Shown here: positions 60,353 through 64,000 of the stretch, piece after piece
How positions within the stretch are numbered: position 1 is the stretch's first letter
Layout of the letters: each line of letters opens with the position of its first letter
NCBI GenBank assembly: GCA_003135555.1
Contig: PLCF01000085.1
Span: 88,587 to 152,586, forward strand
Length of the DNA: 64,000 nucleotides
Direction of reading: 5' to 3'
Source of the DNA: Vulcanimicrobiota bacterium
GTDB lineage: Bacteria > Vulcanimicrobiota > Vulcanimicrobiia > Vulcanimicrobiales > Vulcanimicrobiaceae
Position numbers and translations under genes: made by a program
The notes under the pieces: generated by a model
Seen by the model: the letters and a program-made list of their open reading frames with translations, nothing else
Told to the model about the DNA's origin: nothing
Database searches by the model: none

Positions 60353-62109
60353 GGCGAAAATTGAATCCCGAACTGCGGTGTCCAGCGTTCGTTGGCGAAG
60401 TTGAAGTAGTAGGCGCGGGTGAGGTCGACCAGCACTTGCTTCGACATCCGCAGGCGCAGATCAGCCGAGAGCTGCCAGGGCGGCTGACCGTACAGCCCCG
60501 GTACCGGCGCCGGAAAATCGGAGAACCGCGCCAGCGTCAGGTTGAGCCCGAAGTATTGCGTCGGCGTGTAGACGAACGAACCGGTGAGGCCGCGCGAGGT
60601 CGCGAACCCACGAAACGCGTTCTGCCCGCCGAAGGTCCCGAATTCGGTCGTCACCGTGTCGCCGCCCAGCGGCAGCGGGTATGCGGCGAGCTGCGCGCCG
60701 CCCCAGTAGTCGGCGGTGGTGCGGCTCTCGTAGGCCAGGAACGTGTTGATGTGCTGGCGGTCGAAGGTGCGCGAAAGCGAGACGCGCGCGTCGGTCAGGT
60801 CGACTTGGTGCGGCACCGAGTACCAGGTGCGCTGCTTGTCCAGCGAGGTGCTGACCGAGATGCCGTTGCGCAGCTTGATCGGCGCGGTGTAGACGGTCGC
60901 GCCGGCGTAGTGATACCACGCGCTGGGCGGACCCGGCTGCTCGTTGAGGTAGCCGCCCTCGCCGTAGATGTCGTGCGCCATCCCGATCCCGCTGCGCAGC
61001 CGGAACAACAGCGGCGCTCCCTTGAAGAAGCGGTTTTCGAACCCCGTCCACGCCAGCAGCGCGTCGGTGGGATGTTCGCGCCAACGCGGGTCGTAGGCCC
61101 CGGTCGGCAACGCGTCGTTGACGAGGTTGGGCGTGAAGCCCAGGATGTACTGATAGTAGTTGTCGGTGGTGAGGCTCAAGCCCGAGCGCCGCAGGCCCGC
61201 GTTGAGCTGCAGCTGGCCGAACGCCGCCGCGTTGATCGGCCGGTTGATGAGCCCGGGCGACCCGGCCGACTCCTGAAGAAACAGACGGCCGGTGAACGTC
61301 GGCGAGAACTTCTTGTAGCCGATGAGGTTGTACTGGCGCTGTTCCTGGGTGAGCGGGTCGATCGAAGCGACGATCCAGTCGTCGTTCCACACGAAGTGCT
61401 GATCGATGGCGAAGTACGTGCCGTTGAACGCGTCGTTGCGCAGGTGCAGCGCGCTGACGCTGTGCTCCGAGCCGTTGAACGGCAAACCCACGTCGGCGCG
61501 CGCCCCGGCGAACCCGTTTTCGTTGAAGTGCGGGTTCGGGGAGAACGTGACGAGATAGCGCGGCAACGGCACGTACGCGCCGGCCGTGTAGACGCGCGCG
61601 TTGTCGAAGAGCACGTCGGTCTTGGGCACGATGCGCGCGCCGTGAGCGATGATGTAGGGCCGCTCGCCGGTAAGGTCCGGGAAGTAGAACGCGTCGCCGG
61701 GTTGTTCGCGCCCGACGCGCGGGGTGCTCCAGTCCAGCCCGAAGTAGGTGACGCGCGCCGGCGTGCTGTCGGCCGGAAGGAAGTACGAGCGGTCCAGGTC
61801 CGGGTAGCCGGCGAAGGCCGCCCCGGCTTGGTGGATCGCCGGCCCGTCGACGTGCACGTCGCCCGCGACCAGATAGCGGTTGAGCTTGAGGTCCATGGTG
61901 AAGGTCTGCCCGCGCACGACCGTACCGTCGGAGAGCCGCACGCGCACGTCGCCGTCGGCGGTGACGATGAAGCGGTTGAAGTAGAAGTCGACCGTCTTCG
62001 CGCTCACGTCGAGGCTGGTCGGCGGGGCGGCGGCCGCGAGCGACGTCGCAGCCGCGAACGCGGTGGAGACGAACGCGATGATGGCCGGGAAGCGCATGTG
62101 CAGCTTCAC
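60349..62109 (-). CDS. LptD-like outer-membrane protein (paralog A)
   Basis: Signal peptide, LDVSAKTVDF..ADGDVRV..DG..V.G....DL....Y...GDVHV OstA-like repeat, aromatic beta-strands, C-terminal WTPQFGIQFSP; ATG 62097 is an alternative start. Confidence 0.65.
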   Translation of the reverse strand: MKLHMRFPAIIAFVSTAFAAATSLAAAAPPTSLDVSAKTVDFYFNRFIVTADGDVRVRLSDGTVVRGQTFTMDLKLNRYLVAGDVHVDGPAIHQAGAAFAGYPDLDRSYFLPADSTPARVTYFGLDWSTPRVGREQPGDAFYFPDLTGERPYIIAHGARIVPKTDVLFDNARVYTAGAYVPLPRYLVTFSPNPHFNENGFAGARADVGLPFNGSEHSVSALHLRNDAFNGTYFAIDQHFVWNDDWIVASIDPLTQEQRQYNLIGYKKFSPTFTGRLFLQESAGSPGLINRPINAAAFGQLQLNAGLRRSGLSLTTDNYYQYILGFTPNLVNDALPTGAYDPRWREHPTDALLAWTGFENRFFKGAPLLFRLRSGIGMAHDIYGEGGYLNEQPGPPSAWYHYAGATVYTAPIKLRNGISVSTSLDKQRTWYSVPHQVDLTDARVSLSRTFDRQHINTFLAYESRTTADYWGGAQLAAYPLPLGGDTVTTEFGTFGGQNAFRGFATSRGLTGSFVYTPTQYFGLNLTLARFSDFPAPVPGLYGQPPWQLSADLRLRMSKQVLVDLTRAYYFNFANERWTPQFGIQFSP

Positions 62110-62165
62110 GCGTTGCGCGTTACGGGAGGCGCGGTCCTGCGCCGGATGGAACCGCGGTGGACGGC

Positions 62166-63293
62166 ATGCCGCGCATTCTCGCCTTTGTCATGGACTCCGC
62201 CGGCGTCGGTGCCCTTCCGGATGCGATCGCCTACCACGACGCAGCCAACGCGAATACGATTGGAAACGTCGCGCATCGGTTGGGCGGCCTTCACTTGCCC
62301 AATTTCGAGCGGTTGGGCCTCGGGCACATCACCCCGGTGCGCGGTCTCTCCGCCTCCGACCAGCCGGCTGCCGCCGTCGGCCGCCTTAAAGAACGCTCAA
62401 AGGGCAAGGATACGATCACCGGTCATTGGGAGATGGTCGGGGTGATCACCGAGGTCCCGTTCCCGACCTATCCGCAGGGCTTCCCGCCCGAGGTGATCGC
62501 GAGCTTCACCGCGATCGCCGGCCGGCCGCCGCTGGGTAACCGGCCCGCCTCGGGGACCGAGATCATCGCCGAGCTGGGGGAGGAGCACCAGCGCACCGGC
62601 CGGCCGATCCTCTACACCTCGGCGGATTCGGTGTTCCAGGTCGCGGCGCACGAGGAAACCGTCCCGCTGGCGACGCTCTACGCCTGGTGCGAGCGGGCCC
62701 GGGCCATGCTCGTCCCGCCGCACGAGGTCAACCGGGTGATCGCGCGGCCGTTCGTCGGGACCCCCGGAAACTACAGCCGGACGCCGAACCGCAGGGACTA
62801 CGCGATTCCGCCGCCGCCGACGGTGCTCGACAGGCTTGAGCAGGCCGGTGTACCTGTGCATGCGGTCGGGAAGATTTGTGACATCTACAGCGGTCACGGG
62901 ATCGCGTCGTCCGTCCGCGTCGCCGACAACGGCGAGGCGGTCGATCGCGCGCTCGAGCTCGCCGACAGCACGGATCACGGCCTGGTGTTCGTCAACCTCA
63001 ACGACTTCGACAGCAAGTATGGACATCGCCGCGACGTGCGCGGGTACGGCGACGCCCTGGCGCGCCTCGACGCCCGCGTCCCCGAGCTGCTCGAGCGGAT
63101 CCGGCCCGGCGACGCGCTGATCTTCACCGCCGACCACGGCTGCGATCCGACCCAGCCCGGCAGCGACCACACCCGCGAGTTCGTCCCGTACCTCGAATAC
63201 GGAGCTGGGGCCGGGCGCGATCTCGGCGTCGTCGAGGGCCTGGGCTACGTCGGGGAGCGGATCGAGGCGATCCTCGCCGCGGTCCGCACGTGA
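62166..63293 (+). CDS. deoB: Phosphopentomutase
   Basis: VMDSAGVGALPDA, GKDTITGHWE, YTSADSVFQVAAHE, RVIARPF, DSKYGHRRD, TADHGCDP, HTRE. Confidence 0.96.
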   Translation: MPRILAFVMDSAGVGALPDAIAYHDAANANTIGNVAHRLGGLHLPNFERLGLGHITPVRGLSASDQPAAAVGRLKERSKGKDTITGHWEMVGVITEVPFPTYPQGFPPEVIASFTAIAGRPPLGNRPASGTEIIAELGEEHQRTGRPILYTSADSVFQVAAHEETVPLATLYAWCERARAMLVPPHEVNRVIARPFVGTPGNYSRTPNRRDYAIPPPPTVLDRLEQAGVPVHAVGKICDIYSGHGIASSVRVADNGEAVDRALELADSTDHGLVFVNLNDFDSKYGHRRDVRGYGDALARLDARVPELLERIRPGDALIFTADHGCDPTQPGSDHTREFVPYLEYGAGAGRDLGVVEGLGYVGERIEAILAAVRT

Positions 63294-63982
63294 GCGTCGT
63301 CGAGCTGCGTCGCGAGCCGCGGGCCGGCTCGGGCGACCTGCCGGCCGGGGTTCCCTTCCCGGCGGCGCCGGCTCGGCCGGGTTGGTTCGCCCCCGCGAAG
63401 CGCACGCTCGACGTCGCGATCTCGGCCGGCCTGCTGATCCTCGCCGCGCCGGTCGTCGTGGGCGCGATGATCGGCATCGTCGCCGTGAGCGGCGGCAGCC
63501 CGATCTACCGGCAGGACCGGGTTGGCTTGGGCGGACGGCGCTTCCGCATGTTCAAGTTGCGCACGATGATCCGCGACGCCCACGCGTTGCTCCCCGAGCT
63601 GCGCCGCTTCAACGAGGCCGACGGGCCGGTCTTCAAGATGCGCGACGACCCCCGGCTCCACAAGCTGGGCGCCTTTTTGCGGCGCACGTCGATCGACGAG
63701 CTGCCCAACTTCCTCAACGTCCTGCTCGGCGACATGGCGATCGTGGGGCCGCGCCCGCCGCTGCCCGAAGAGGTCGCGCACTACGATGGGTACGCGCTGC
63801 GCCGGCTGGTCGTCAAGCCCGGAGTGACCTGCCTATGGCAGATCTCGGGGCGCTCGCACCTCTCGTTCGAAGAGTGGATGGCGCTCGACAACGCTTACAT
63901 CGACGCGTGGTCGCCGTGGTACGACCTCGCGATCGTCGCCAAGACGGTCCCGGCCGTGCTGCGGGGGGTCGGCGCGCATTAA
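63290..63982 (+). CDS. Priming polyprenyl glycosylphosphotransferase (bacterial sugar transferase)
   Basis: KRTLD, FKLRTM, DDPRL, LRRTSIDELP, VGPRP, KPGVTCLWQISGRS. Confidence 0.93.
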   Translation: MSVVELRREPRAGSGDLPAGVPFPAAPARPGWFAPAKRTLDVAISAGLLILAAPVVVGAMIGIVAVSGGSPIYRQDRVGLGGRRFRMFKLRTMIRDAHALLPELRRFNEADGPVFKMRDDPRLHKLGAFLRRTSIDELPNFLNVLLGDMAIVGPRPPLPEEVAHYDGYALRRLVVKPGVTCLWQISGRSHLSFEEWMALDNAYIDAWSPWYDLAIVAKTVPAVLRGVGAH

Positions 63983-64000
63983 CCGCCGCCTGACCGTCGT

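Overview
64 kb of high-GC bacterial chromosome, densely coding, with no rRNA, tRNA, CRISPR array or transposase that I can recognise. The housekeeping backbone has Firmicutes-like gene order: csaB, ileS, ccdA-lspA-rluA-tgt, lgt-yggS-sepF-divIVA, yabO-whiA-gap-pgk-tpiA-gpmI-punA, mfd and prsA-mazG, pdp and deoB. It also carries diderm markers (rfaD, LptD-like barrels). This suggests a diderm Terrabacteria lineage such as Eremiobacterota/Vulcanimicrobiota, which is an inference only. Best novel candidates: (1) two loci pair a tiny peptide gene absent from the ORF track (21156-21293, 45 aa, signal-peptide-like; 44394-44486, 30 aa) with a ~500-aa helical/TPR-like receptor carrying a C-terminal LuxR HTH. 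This looks like an RRNPP-analogous peptide signalling system, one copy lying next to a FliA/flagellar cluster and the other upstream of an HD-GYP gene. (2) A tandemly duplicated module of an LptD-like outer-membrane protein plus a CBM20-like secreted protein is co-oriented with an MFS-acyltransferase fusion inside a glycosylation cluster. Other observations: a 172-bp degenerate duplicate of the flgF/flgG junction, a covarying REP-like hairpin inside two coding genes, a GAAC-N4-GTTC box, an XRE/RelE-like toxin-antitoxin pair, an orphan SMI1/KNR4 islet, likely leaderless and non-canonical starts, and an indel cluster in lgt/yggS that is probably an assembly artefact.
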